Of a stretch of 64,000 bases of DNA, positions 56,009-64,000 are shown piece by piece. The stretch comes from an uncultured Acidimicrobiaceae bacterium. Its GTDB lineage: Bacteria; Actinomycetota; Acidimicrobiia; Acidimicrobiales; Ilumatobacteraceae. Made by a program: the position numbers and the translations under genes. The stretch spans positions 20,422 through 84,421 of the forward strand of contig CAWBTC010000004.1 of NCBI GenBank assembly GCA_963791635.1, in the 5' to 3' direction. The notes beneath the pieces were generated by a model that saw only the letters and a list, made by a program, of their open reading frames with translations, had not been told where the DNA came from and did not search any database. Numbering within the stretch: position 1 is the first letter of the stretch; the number at the start of each line of letters is the position of its first letter.

Positions 56009-57267
56009 CCACTGCCCTCAGGTGTCGCAGGGGAGTTGACGCTGGTCGTCACCCGCCGTCGCTGACGCCAGCCGGTGGGCAGGGTGCGGTCGAGCACGTC
56101 ATCGACGGTGATCGCCCCGAGCAGCCGGTTGGCCTCGTCGCACACGCCAACGGCGAGCATGTTGTAGCTGGCGAGTCGCTCGGCCACCTCGCGCTCGCTG
56201 AGCTCGGGTGTGATCGTCGGTTCCTGCTCGAGGCATCGACCGAGCTCCATGCTCGGCGGCTCACGCAGGAGTCGCTGGAAGTGGACGACGCCGAGGTAGG
56301 TGCCTGTGGGGGGCTTGTACGGAGCCTGCACCACGAACACCTGGGCGGCGATGCTGACGAGCCACTCCGGGTCGCGCACCTGCGCCAGCGCCTCAGCGAC
56401 CGTTGCGGTCGGTCCCAGGATGATGATGTCGGGCGTCATCAGGGCGCCGGCGGTGCCCTCGTCGTAGGCGAGGAGGCGGCGCATGACATCGGCGTCCTCG
56501 TCGTCCATGGCGTCAAGGATGCGCGTGCGCTGCTCACCGGGCATCTCGGCAAGGAGGTCGGCGAGGTCGTCGTACTCCATCTCCTCGAGGACGCTGATCA
56601 TTCGTTCGAGGTCGAGTCCTTCGATCATGCGGAGCTGTTCGGCCTCGGGCAGCTCCTCGAGGAGGTCGGCGAGTCGTTCGTCGTCCATCGCCGCTGCGAG
56701 CTGCTTGCGGCTGCTGAGTGGAAGCGCGCGAACGACGCCGGCCACGTCACTGGGGTGCATGTCGCGCAGTCGTGCGGCTTCGGCGGCCATCTCGTGGCCG
56801 GCACCGGACGTGAACAACTGAGGCATTTCGTCGTAGTCGAGCAGGCGGTAACTGGGGCGGCGACGCAACGCGCTTCGCCGGGCGAGACGCACCTTGGAGA
56901 TCTCCCACCAGGTCTGGCGTCCGTCACCGGCGGGTCGGAGGGCGACATCGCTGACCGTCTCGTCGCCGACCCGGCTGTCGAGCACGTCGCGGCCGATGAG
57001 GATCTCCCCGGGTCGCGGCTTGAACGGGTTGAGGTCGACGTCCCAGCTGCGGAGGCGGGCACCGTCGCCGTCGAGGCTCCCGATGCGCCCTGAGTTGACG
57101 AAGATGCGACGGCGTTGGCTGGTGGCGACGAAGCCGAGCACGCGAGGTGGCACGCCGGCGCGAGCCGGGATGACCACGATGTCATCGAGACGACCGATCG
57201 CGTTGCCACCGGCGTCGAGCAGGGGGAGGCGCATCACCCGGAACGCGTAGATGAGGTCGCCTGCCAT
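56005..57267 (-). CDS. MgtE-N plus tandem-CBS domain protein lacking the MgtE transmembrane domain, with a PRC-barrel-like N-terminus
   Basis: The MgtE intracellular-domain pattern is DERLADLLEELPEAEQLRMIEGLDLERMISVLEEMEYDDLADLL. The CBS pair is supported by TPDIIILGPTATVAEAL and MLAVGVCDEANRLLGAITVDDVLD. The protein ends without TM helices. Confidence 0.8.
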   Translation of the reverse strand: MAGDLIYAFRVMRLPLLDAGGNAIGRLDDIVVIPARAGVPPRVLGFVATSQRRRIFVNSGRIGSLDGDGARLRSWDVDLNPFKPRPGEILIGRDVLDSRVGDETVSDVALRPAGDGRQTWWEISKVRLARRSALRRRPSYRLLDYDEMPQLFTSGAGHEMAAEAARLRDMHPSDVAGVVRALPLSSRKQLAAAMDDERLADLLEELPEAEQLRMIEGLDLERMISVLEEMEYDDLADLLAEMPGEQRTRILDAMDDEDADVMRRLLAYDEGTAGALMTPDIIILGPTATVAEALAQVRDPEWLVSIAAQVFVVQAPYKPPTGTYLGVVHFQRLLREPPSMELGRCLEQEPTITPELSEREVAERLASYNMLAVGVCDEANRLLGAITVDDVLDRTLPTGWRQRRRVTTSVNSPATPEGSG

Positions 57268-57346
57268 GGGCCAAGGCTACCCCTGCACCTCGGACGGGGA
57301 ACTGCGTGGCCAGGGTTCGTTCGAACACCCCAACCGGGGCCGAGCG

Positions 57347-59434
57347 TCAACGAGGTCGAACACCGACGAGGGTTGAGCTGTACGCCACCCCGCCACCCCA
57401 GTCGGTGAGCGCGTCGTTGGTGAGCGCGTTCGCAGTGCGGCCGTCGGGGTGCTGGCTGCCCCACCAGCCCCAGGGCACGGCCACCACGCCAGGACGCAGT
57501 CGTCCGGTGATCTTCACCGGCAACTCGAGCTCGGCTCGGTCGTTGTGCACCACGACGCACTGCCCCTCTGTGACGCCCAGTCGCTGTGCGTCCTCGGCGA
57601 CCATCTCCACGTACGGTGCGCCTTCGAGCGGGCCGTGCTTGGGGAGCTGTGAGTAGCTGGAGTTCAAGAAGCGGGTGTGCTGCTTGGGGGTGAGGAGCGC
57701 GAACGGCAAGCGCGCCGCGAGCTCGGGATCACCGGCATGCGATTCGCGGGCGGGCGCGAACGTCGGCAGCGCTGGTTGGCCGAGCGCGCCGAGCAGCTCG
57801 CTCATCAGCTCCACCTTGCCGGAAGCGGTCGGGAACACGCCGTCGGCGAACGGCCGGCCGTCGGCGGGGTAGGCGCCGGCTTTCACCCATCCGTCGCGAC
57901 GGAGCGCCTCGACATCGACCGTCGGCATCGCGTCGCGCAGCACGGTCATGTCGTCGTCGTGGAGGTGCGGAGCGACGTCGGCCGTGAAGCCCATCGCGGT
58001 CGCGAGGCGGCGGTGGAGCTCGCTGTTGCAGACGCTCTCGCCGACCGGGGCGATGGCGGGTTCGTTCCACCCCATCCACAGGTGACCCCAGGCGGGGACG
58101 GCATCGACCGATTCGATCTGGGTGGTGGCGGGCAGCACGAGATCCGCGTAGCGCGCGGTGTCGGTCAGGAACTGTTCGTGGACGACGGTGAACAGTGCTT
58201 CGTTGGCGAGGCCGCGACGCACACCTTCGGCGTTGGGCACCACGACAAGCGGGTTGCCGCCGATGACGAACAGGGCGCGCACCGGATCGGCTGCGTCGAC
58301 GTCGAGGATCTCGGCCAGGCGCACCATCGGGAGTTGACGGCGAGGCGTCGCCGATGCGGTGGGCGTCGATGGGCACATCATCGCCACGCCGTCGATGAGC
58401 TCGTTGCTCCACGTGCCGACACTGCGGGCATAGCCACCACCCTTGTCACGCCACGCACCGACGAGCGCAGGAAGACAGGTGACGGTTCGGAAGAACATCG
58501 CGCCGTGCTCGTGGTGTTCTGCGCCGATCAGCGTGCGGATCGCTGCGGGCCGGATGGTGCCGTACATGGTGGCGAGGCGCTCGATGTCAGCGGCGGGTAC
58601 CCCGCACACGTCGGCCGCGCGCTCGGGCGTCCACTCGACCACGTGTGCCGCCAACTCGTCGAAGCCGACGGTGTGGGCTTCCACCCACTCGGTATCGACG
58701 AGATGATCGCGGATCAGTACGTGCATCATCGCCAGCATCAAGGCGACGTCGGTGCCGGGCAGCGGCTGCACGAACCAGTCGGCGCTGTCGGCGGTGATGG
58801 TCCGGATCGGGTCGATCACGACCACCTGCGCGCCGTCGGCGCGGGCCCGTTCGATGGTCGGCCAGAGGTGACGGTTGGTGAGGCGGGTGTTGGTCCCCCA
58901 CAGGAGGATGAGCTGCGAATGGCGAAGTTCGGTCGGGTCGAGGGCCTTGCCGGTGCCGAGGGTGCTGGCTGTGCCGGCGCCGGCGACCGCACCACAGAGC
59001 GCACCGGTGAGCGTCGCTGCGCCGAGGTGGTTCCAGAACCGCTCACCGAACAAGATCGCGAGCGAGCTCTGGTTTCCGGCGCTGATGAACGGGACGATCG
59101 CACGTGGTCCGTCGGTGTCGACGATCTGGCGCAGGCGCGTGCCGATCTCCTCGAGCGCCTCGTCCCAGCTGATCCTCTCGAAGCGACCCTCACCCTTCGC
59201 GCCGATGCGGCGCAGTGGGGTGGTGATCCGGTCGGGGCTGTAGACGCGATCGAGGTACCGGTTCACCTTCGGGCACAGCTCACCCGCGCTGTACGGGTGG
59301 TCGGGGTTGCCGCGCAGCTGCACGGCCACCCCGTCGGTCACGGTCACCTGCCACCCGCAACTGTCGGGACAGTCGTGGTGGCAGGTGCCATGCACCGTGT
59401 GGGTCGCCGATGAAGCGTCAGTCCGGGTCATCAA
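57347..59434 (-). CDS. Molybdopterin (bis-MGD) oxidoreductase family protein
   Basis: N-terminal 4Fe-4S motif HGTCHHDCPDSCGW, a molybdopterin domain of about 700 aa, and a C-terminal MopB_CT-like barrel (VHNDRAELELPVKITGRLRPGVV). Confidence 0.88.
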   Translation of the reverse strand: MMTRTDASSATHTVHGTCHHDCPDSCGWQVTVTDGVAVQLRGNPDHPYSAGELCPKVNRYLDRVYSPDRITTPLRRIGAKGEGRFERISWDEALEEIGTRLRQIVDTDGPRAIVPFISAGNQSSLAILFGERFWNHLGAATLTGALCGAVAGAGTASTLGTGKALDPTELRHSQLILLWGTNTRLTNRHLWPTIERARADGAQVVVIDPIRTITADSADWFVQPLPGTDVALMLAMMHVLIRDHLVDTEWVEAHTVGFDELAAHVVEWTPERAADVCGVPAADIERLATMYGTIRPAAIRTLIGAEHHEHGAMFFRTVTCLPALVGAWRDKGGGYARSVGTWSNELIDGVAMMCPSTPTASATPRRQLPMVRLAEILDVDAADPVRALFVIGGNPLVVVPNAEGVRRGLANEALFTVVHEQFLTDTARYADLVLPATTQIESVDAVPAWGHLWMGWNEPAIAPVGESVCNSELHRRLATAMGFTADVAPHLHDDDMTVLRDAMPTVDVEALRRDGWVKAGAYPADGRPFADGVFPTASGKVELMSELLGALGQPALPTFAPARESHAGDPELAARLPFALLTPKQHTRFLNSSYSQLPKHGPLEGAPYVEMVAEDAQRLGVTEGQCVVVHNDRAELELPVKITGRLRPGVVAVPWGWWGSQHPDGRTANALTNDALTDWGGGVAYSSTLVGVRPR

Positions 59435-59556
59435 CCCAGGCTAGGCGTGTGGCCGAGCGGGCACGGGCGGGTTTCGGCCATCTTCGTCCGTCCTCGTCCG
59501 GCTGAGTCCTGGATCGGTCGGGCCTAGGTCCGGCGTGAGTGCCGTGATCGGATCGT

Positions 59557-60564
59557 TCAGCCGCGCAGCAACGGTCGAAGGGTGTCGCCGGCGAGCGCGA
59601 CCGCCTCGAGGTCGTGGGCGTCGGGCATGTTCACGACGAGCCCGTCGAGGCCTGAGTCGAGCAACGCCTGCACCTGTTCGCCGACTGCGTCGGCGTCGCC
59701 GAGGATGAACATCCCCTTCACGCGGGCCAGCAGCTCGGCGGGCAGGTCGTCGAGGCTCGACACACCGAAACGGGAGGTGATCTTGGCCGTCGCGGCTTCC
59801 ATGGTCGCGCCGATCACGAGGGTGCCGAGACGGGTGCGGCAGATCGTCTTCGGGTCGCGGCCGAGGCGCTCGCAGTGGCCGTCGAGCACGTCCATCAGGT
59901 GGCGCACCTGGCCGGGCTCACCGAACACGTTGCAGGCATCGCCGTACTGGGCCACCATGCGCAAGGTCTTTCGCTCGCCGCTGCCTCCGATCATCACCGG
60001 CGGGCCGCCGGCCTGGATCGGCTTCGGGTAGTTCATCGCCTCGGTGACCTTGAACCACTTGCCGTCGAAGGTCGTGGCGTGCTCGGTGAACATGCTCTTC
60101 ACGATCTGGAGGCCCTCTTCGAGCTTCTCGAATCGATCGGTGAAGGTGCCGAACTCGTAGCCGTACTGGTCGTGTTCGAGCTCGAACCACCCGGCACCGA
60201 TGCCCCAGATGGCCCGGCCGCCGGAGATCACGTCGAGCCCGGTGACGGCCTTCGCGAGGAAAGCCGGGTTGCGGTAGGTCATGCCGCCGACCATCGCGCC
60301 GAGGCGCACCGTGGCCGTGCGGGCCGCGATCGCGGTGAGCAGCGAGTAGGCCTCGAACATGTTGTCGCTCGGGGCACCCAAGCCCGGCAGCTGGTAGAAG
60401 TGATCCATCACCCAGACGCTGTCGAAGCCGCTGGCTTCGGCGGTTGTGGCGATGGCGGCCACCCGTTCGAAGAGGTCGCGATCTTCGACGTCGGGGTAGG
60501 TGAACAGCGGGATCTGGAGTCCCATCCGGATGAGTTCGTTGCGGGATGTGGCTTCGGCGGTCAT
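59557..60564 (-). CDS. LLM-class (luciferase-like) F420-dependent oxidoreductase
   Basis: GLQIPLFTYPD, FDSVWVMDHFYQ, GRAIWGIGAGWFELEH and PPVMIGGSGERKTL. The start may instead be at an internal Met. Confidence 0.85.
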   Translation of the reverse strand: MTAEATSRNELIRMGLQIPLFTYPDVEDRDLFERVAAIATTAEASGFDSVWVMDHFYQLPGLGAPSDNMFEAYSLLTAIAARTATVRLGAMVGGMTYRNPAFLAKAVTGLDVISGGRAIWGIGAGWFELEHDQYGYEFGTFTDRFEKLEEGLQIVKSMFTEHATTFDGKWFKVTEAMNYPKPIQAGGPPVMIGGSGERKTLRMVAQYGDACNVFGEPGQVRHLMDVLDGHCERLGRDPKTICRTRLGTLVIGATMEAATAKITSRFGVSSLDDLPAELLARVKGMFILGDADAVGEQVQALLDSGLDGLVVNMPDAHDLEAVALAGDTLRPLLRG

Positions 60565-60578
60565 GAGGTGACTGTACG

Positions 60579-62033
60579 TCAGCTCCCTCGGCCGTCGAGC
60601 GGAGCCAGCGGCTCGAGCGGCGGGAGCAGGCCGGCATCGTCGGGCACCACGACCGTGAAGACGTCTCGGTCGATGTCGATCTCGCCGATGCCGACCCGCA
60701 GGTCGAGTTCGATGGTGCCCATGGGCTCTCCGATCGCAGCGATCGTGCGGCGGTCGTCCTGGCGAATGCCGGCGACCGCCTCGCGATCACCGATCACCAG
60801 GTGGCCGACACCGACGTCGTTGACGAGCACGAGGGTGGCACCGGCGGGCACGATCACGTGCAACCGGCCGACGCCAACCTCGGCGTTGACCTGCACCGGC
60901 TGGTCGGCGTCGAGGGGGACGTCGACGAGATCGAGGGTCAGTTCGCCCACCGCCAGGTCGTGCTGGCGCTCGGCGTCGGCGACCGTGGACGGGCGGTTGG
61001 TCCGCTCGCCGACGCCACCGTCGAGTGACGGTTCGGCGACCACGAGGAACCCGGCAGCACCGGCCAGGACCAGCACGATCGGCACGAAGAACCACGCTCC
61101 GTTCACCAGGGCGCTGATCGCGAGCCCGGTGGCAAGGGCGATGATCGAGGTGACCACCACGCCCAGTACGGGGACGTCCCACCAGTCCATGGCGTCGCCT
61201 GCGCTGGCGATCGCGATGAACACGGTCACGGCGAGGAGGGTGATCGAACCGACCGGGATGCGTCGCCGGCGTGGCTGCGCGGGCATCGGCGGTGGCAGGA
61301 GCGATTGGCCATCACCGTACTGACCGGCACCGCCTGAACCGTCGAACCCCGCGGCTGGGATCGGGGTGCTGGGCAGCACTGTGGTGACCTCGCCGGTGGC
61401 GGGATCGATCACGGTGTCGCTCGCACCGGTCACCGTCGCGTTCGCCGGGAGCGGGAAGGCCGAGGCTCCGGTCGAACCCGCCTCGCCGGGCGTCGGCGCT
61501 TCATCCCGGCGGCGGCTGGGCCGAAGGGTGGGCGTCATCCACAGCAGCACCCCGAGTGCGATCAAACCGATGCCCCAGGGGAAGTCGCCGAAGACGAACC
61601 ACGAACCGATCGAGCCGACACCGCCGGCCACGACCACGAGTCCGAGGGCGACGTAGAGCGGGAAGCGGCGGCGGTCGCCGAGCACGTCGCCGAGCGGTCG
61701 TGCCTCGGCCCGGGAGTCCGGCAACAGGATCCAGGCGATGAGATACACGAGGATCAGCACCGGCAGCACGATCGAGGCCAGCACGAGTGCGATGCGAGTG
61801 GTCCGGCGGTCGAAGCCGTAGGTCTGGCACAAGCCCGACACCACGCCTCCCACCATGTTGTCGGCGGTGTCGCGGAACACCGGGAGGCGGTGCCAGGGCG
61901 GGCGCGGTCCACGGGTTCCCCGCGGCGGCAAGCCGGCAGGGTCCGGGCCCGGCTCGTTCCCGCTCGTCTGCGAGACGACCTGTTCGTCGTTCATGAGTGC
62001 AGTCTGTTCGTCCATGGCATCAGCATCCGCCAT
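60579..62033 (-). CDS. PspC-domain membrane protein
   Basis: PspC motif DNMVGGVVSGLCQTYGFDRRTTRIALVLASIVLPVLILVYLIAWILLP. There are several further TM helices and a C-terminal beta-rich region. The start is ATG 62033, with 62015 and 61994 as alternatives. Confidence 0.82.
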   Translation of the reverse strand: MADADAMDEQTALMNDEQVVSQTSGNEPGPDPAGLPPRGTRGPRPPWHRLPVFRDTADNMVGGVVSGLCQTYGFDRRTTRIALVLASIVLPVLILVYLIAWILLPDSRAEARPLGDVLGDRRRFPLYVALGLVVVAGGVGSIGSWFVFGDFPWGIGLIALGVLLWMTPTLRPSRRRDEAPTPGEAGSTGASAFPLPANATVTGASDTVIDPATGEVTTVLPSTPIPAAGFDGSGGAGQYGDGQSLLPPPMPAQPRRRRIPVGSITLLAVTVFIAIASAGDAMDWWDVPVLGVVVTSIIALATGLAISALVNGAWFFVPIVLVLAGAAGFLVVAEPSLDGGVGERTNRPSTVADAERQHDLAVGELTLDLVDVPLDADQPVQVNAEVGVGRLHVIVPAGATLVLVNDVGVGHLVIGDREAVAGIRQDDRRTIAAIGEPMGTIELDLRVGIGEIDIDRDVFTVVVPDDAGLLPPLEPLAPLDGRGS

Positions 62034-62178
62034 CGTCGTCGCCGACACATCGGGGACCACCCTGGATCGACCCTGACCCGGCTGACCCGGCACCTGAGAC
62101 TTGGATCAGGGTGGTCTCGGGGTCTGACGAGGGATCGTCCCCGATGGCATCCAAGGTGGGCCGTGCGATGATCTCGTT

Positions 62179-63498
62179 GTGTCCACCAGATCCGATGCGA
62201 GCGCGAACCCTGGTTCCCGGATGCGCGCCGGGCGTGCGGGCTCGCTGACGTTCCACCGACGCGACGACAGCCGCATCGTCGCCGGAGTGGCCAGCGGGTT
62301 CGCGGACGAGCACGGTGTCGACGTCACGTTGGTGCGCAGTGCGCTCGTGGTGCTCACCTTCGCCGGCGGCCTGGGGCTGGTGCTCTACGCGATCGCCGGC
62401 CTGCTGGCGAAGCCGCCCGCAGCGGCACACGAGGTGCGGCCGCTCGACCCCCAGCGCAATCTCGCGGTGTCCGTCGTGGTGGCAGGGTTGCTGCTCGTCG
62501 TTCGCTCCACCGGGTTGTGGCTCGGCGACGCCGTGATGGTGCCGTTGGGCGCGGTTGCGATCGGGTTGGTGCTCATCGGCGTGGTGCGGCCCGAGGTGGG
62601 AGAGCGGCCCTGGCAGGCTCTTGCCGGAACCCCGGTCACCGAGCTGACCAGCGGCCGTCGTGCCCGCCTCCGACTCGTCGCCGGTGCCTCACTGGTGGCG
62701 TTCGGTCTCGTCCTCGTAGGGGTGCAGGAGACCACCTCGAACAGCGTGCGCGTGGGCGCGTTCGCGACTGCCCTGACCGTGATCGGCGTGGCGACGCTCG
62801 TGGGACCGTGGCTCACCCGGCTCGCCCAGGAGGCAGCCGCGGAGCGACGGGCGCGCATCCGGTCCCAAGAGCGAGAGGCGATGGCTGCGCACCTGCACGA
62901 CTCGGTGCTGCAGACCCTGGCGCTGATCCAACGTACGGCCGACGACCCGCGGCGCACCGTCACGCTCGCCCGCCGACAAGAGCGCGAACTGCGCGAGTGG
63001 CTCTACGGCCCACGCGAGGCGAACGGAGCGATGGTCGATTCGCTGAACGCCGCACTGCGCCGTACGGCGCGCGAGGTCGAGGCCGCATACGACGTGCGCG
63101 TCGAGGTGGTGATGGTGGGCGATGCGCCGATGGACGACGCAGTCGACGCACTCACCCAGGCGGCTCGCGAGGCATGCGTGAATGCAGCCAAGCACAGTGG
63201 CGTCTCGGAGGTGTCGGTGTTCGCCGAGGTGCGTGGTGAGCACGCCGAGGTGTTCGTGCGCGATCGCGGCCGCGGGTTCGATCGAGCCGATGCGGCGCCC
63301 GACCGACGCGGCATCGCACAGAGCATCGAGTCCCGCCTCGAGCGGGTGGGAGGCAGCGCCCGCATCGATTCGGCCCCGGGCGAAGGCACCGAGGTGCACC
63401 TTCGTGCGCCCGTCAGCGCATCGCCCACGGCTGATCCGTCGGTGCATCGGCAGTTGGCACCGCCGACGGCGCCGGCACCTGGGGAACGTGGCACCTGA
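62179..63498 (+). CDS. Sensor histidine kinase with an N-terminal PspC domain (HisKA_3/LiaS-like)
   Basis: PspC IVAGVASGFADEHGVDVTLVRSALVVLTFAGGLGLVLYAIAGLL, H-box AAHLHDSVLQTLALI, and HATPase_c NAAKHSG...DRGRGF...GEGTEVHL. Confidence 0.9.
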   Translation: MSTRSDASANPGSRMRAGRAGSLTFHRRDDSRIVAGVASGFADEHGVDVTLVRSALVVLTFAGGLGLVLYAIAGLLAKPPAAAHEVRPLDPQRNLAVSVVVAGLLLVVRSTGLWLGDAVMVPLGAVAIGLVLIGVVRPEVGERPWQALAGTPVTELTSGRRARLRLVAGASLVAFGLVLVGVQETTSNSVRVGAFATALTVIGVATLVGPWLTRLAQEAAAERRARIRSQEREAMAAHLHDSVLQTLALIQRTADDPRRTVTLARRQERELREWLYGPREANGAMVDSLNAALRRTAREVEAAYDVRVEVVMVGDAPMDDAVDALTQAAREACVNAAKHSGVSEVSVFAEVRGEHAEVFVRDRGRGFDRADAAPDRRGIAQSIESRLERVGGSARIDSAPGEGTEVHLRAPVSASPTADPSVHRQLAPPTAPAPGERGT

Positions 63499-64000
63499 TG
63501 CGTGTGTACCTGGTGGACGATCATGCGCTGTTCCGAGCCGGGGTGCGAGCCGAGATCGGTGAGGCGGTGGACGTGATCGGTGAGGCGGGCACGGTCGATG
63601 ATGCCGTCGCCGGGATCCTCGCGATGCGACCTGATGTGACGGTGGTGGATGTGCACCTGCCCGACGGAGGTGGTCGTGCGATCATCGAGCGCGTCCTCTC
63701 CAAATGGACGGATGCCGTGTTCCTGGCGCTGTCGGTGTCGGACTCCGCCGAGGACGTCGTCGCAGTGATCCGCGCGGGCGCCCGCGGGTACGTGACCAAG
63801 ACCATCGATGCCACGGAGCTGGTGGACGCGATCCGCCGCGTGCACGATGGCGACGCGGTGTTCTCGCCTCGCCTCGCCGGGTTCGTGCTCGATGCGTTCT
63901 CCGGCCACCTGCCGGCGCCGACCGATCCCGAGCTCGATCTGTTGACGGCACGTGAGCAGGAGGTGATGCGGCTCATCGCTCGTGGCTACACCTATCGCGA
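63498..64000 (+). CDS. NarL/LuxR-family response regulator, 3'-truncated by the window edge
   Basis: Hand translation gives MRVYLVDDHALFRAGVRAEI...VTVVDVHLPDGGG...GARGYVTK..., followed by the start of the LuxR HTH, LTAREQEVMRLIARGYTYR. TGATG overlap with the kinase stop. Confidence 0.88.
   Translation, partial: MRVYLVDDHALFRAGVRAEIGEAVDVIGEAGTVDDAVAGILAMRPDVTVVDVHLPDGGGRAIIERVLSKWTDAVFLALSVSDSAEDVVAVIRAGARGYVTKTIDATELVDAIRRVHDGDAVFSPRLAGFVLDAFSGHLPAPTDPELDLLTAREQEVMRLIARGYTYR

Noticed and set aside
53225-61323. Large ORFs 53225..54955 (-), 57677..59413 (+) and 59875..61323 (+).
   Set aside because: Each lies antisense to a gene with recognisable motifs: the Rossmann-fold protein and hydrolase, the molybdopterin oxidoreductase, and the LLM oxidoreductase and PspC protein. 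All are Arg/Gly/His-rich and have no motifs of their own.

Overview
This window is the replication-origin neighbourhood of a high-GC actinobacterial chromosome. GC is judged by eye, and no similarity searches were possible.

Gene layout:
- Minus strand: rpmH-rnpA-yidD-yidC-jag-rsmG, then a ~1.7 kb non-coding spacer carrying parS sites, then parA-parB.
- Plus strand, divergent from rpmH: dnaA, a putative oriC, dnaN-recF-DUF721(DciA-like)-gyrB-gyrA, a TadE-like ORF, a DUF3566 (Rv0007-like) gene and tRNA-Ile.
- Left of parB: cwlM-like, trxA, trxB, an ECF sigma/anti-sigma pair, a PknB-type kinase, DegV, an Rv3909-like protein, a GNAT/deacetylase pair and cca.
- Further left: the rpsF-ssb-rpsR-rplI-dnaB block, small regulators, cspA and a second ECF sigma.
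- The window opens with a 2805-aa LPXTG-type surface protein.
- The right end holds metabolic genes (molybdopterin oxidoreductase, LLM oxidoreductase), a DUF1003/MgtE-N pair and a PspC / PspC-histidine kinase / LuxR-regulator triad; the regulator runs off the window.
- No rRNA, CRISPR array, transposase or integrase was seen.

Main observations:
1. Four strong parS palindromes (three identical GTTCCACGTGGAAC) lie in an unusually long ORF-free parA-rsmG spacer.
2. At least 14 short tandem-repeat arrays (9-16 bp units) sit in intergenic spacers. Many abut stop codons, more than half share a GTCA/TGAC core, and some are phased at 10-11 bp.
3. Five apparent reading-frame breaks occur in conserved genes (dnaA domain IV, rpsR N-terminus, the kinase, the gyrA tail, the DUF3566 gene). 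Four fit single-base deletions, which points to assembly indels rather than biology.
4. A stand-alone kinase-TM-ectodomain protein occupies the position held by MviN/MurJ in Mycobacterium.

Start codons were chosen by hand from SD sequences, NTGA overlaps and conserved N-termini, and may be off by a few codons.
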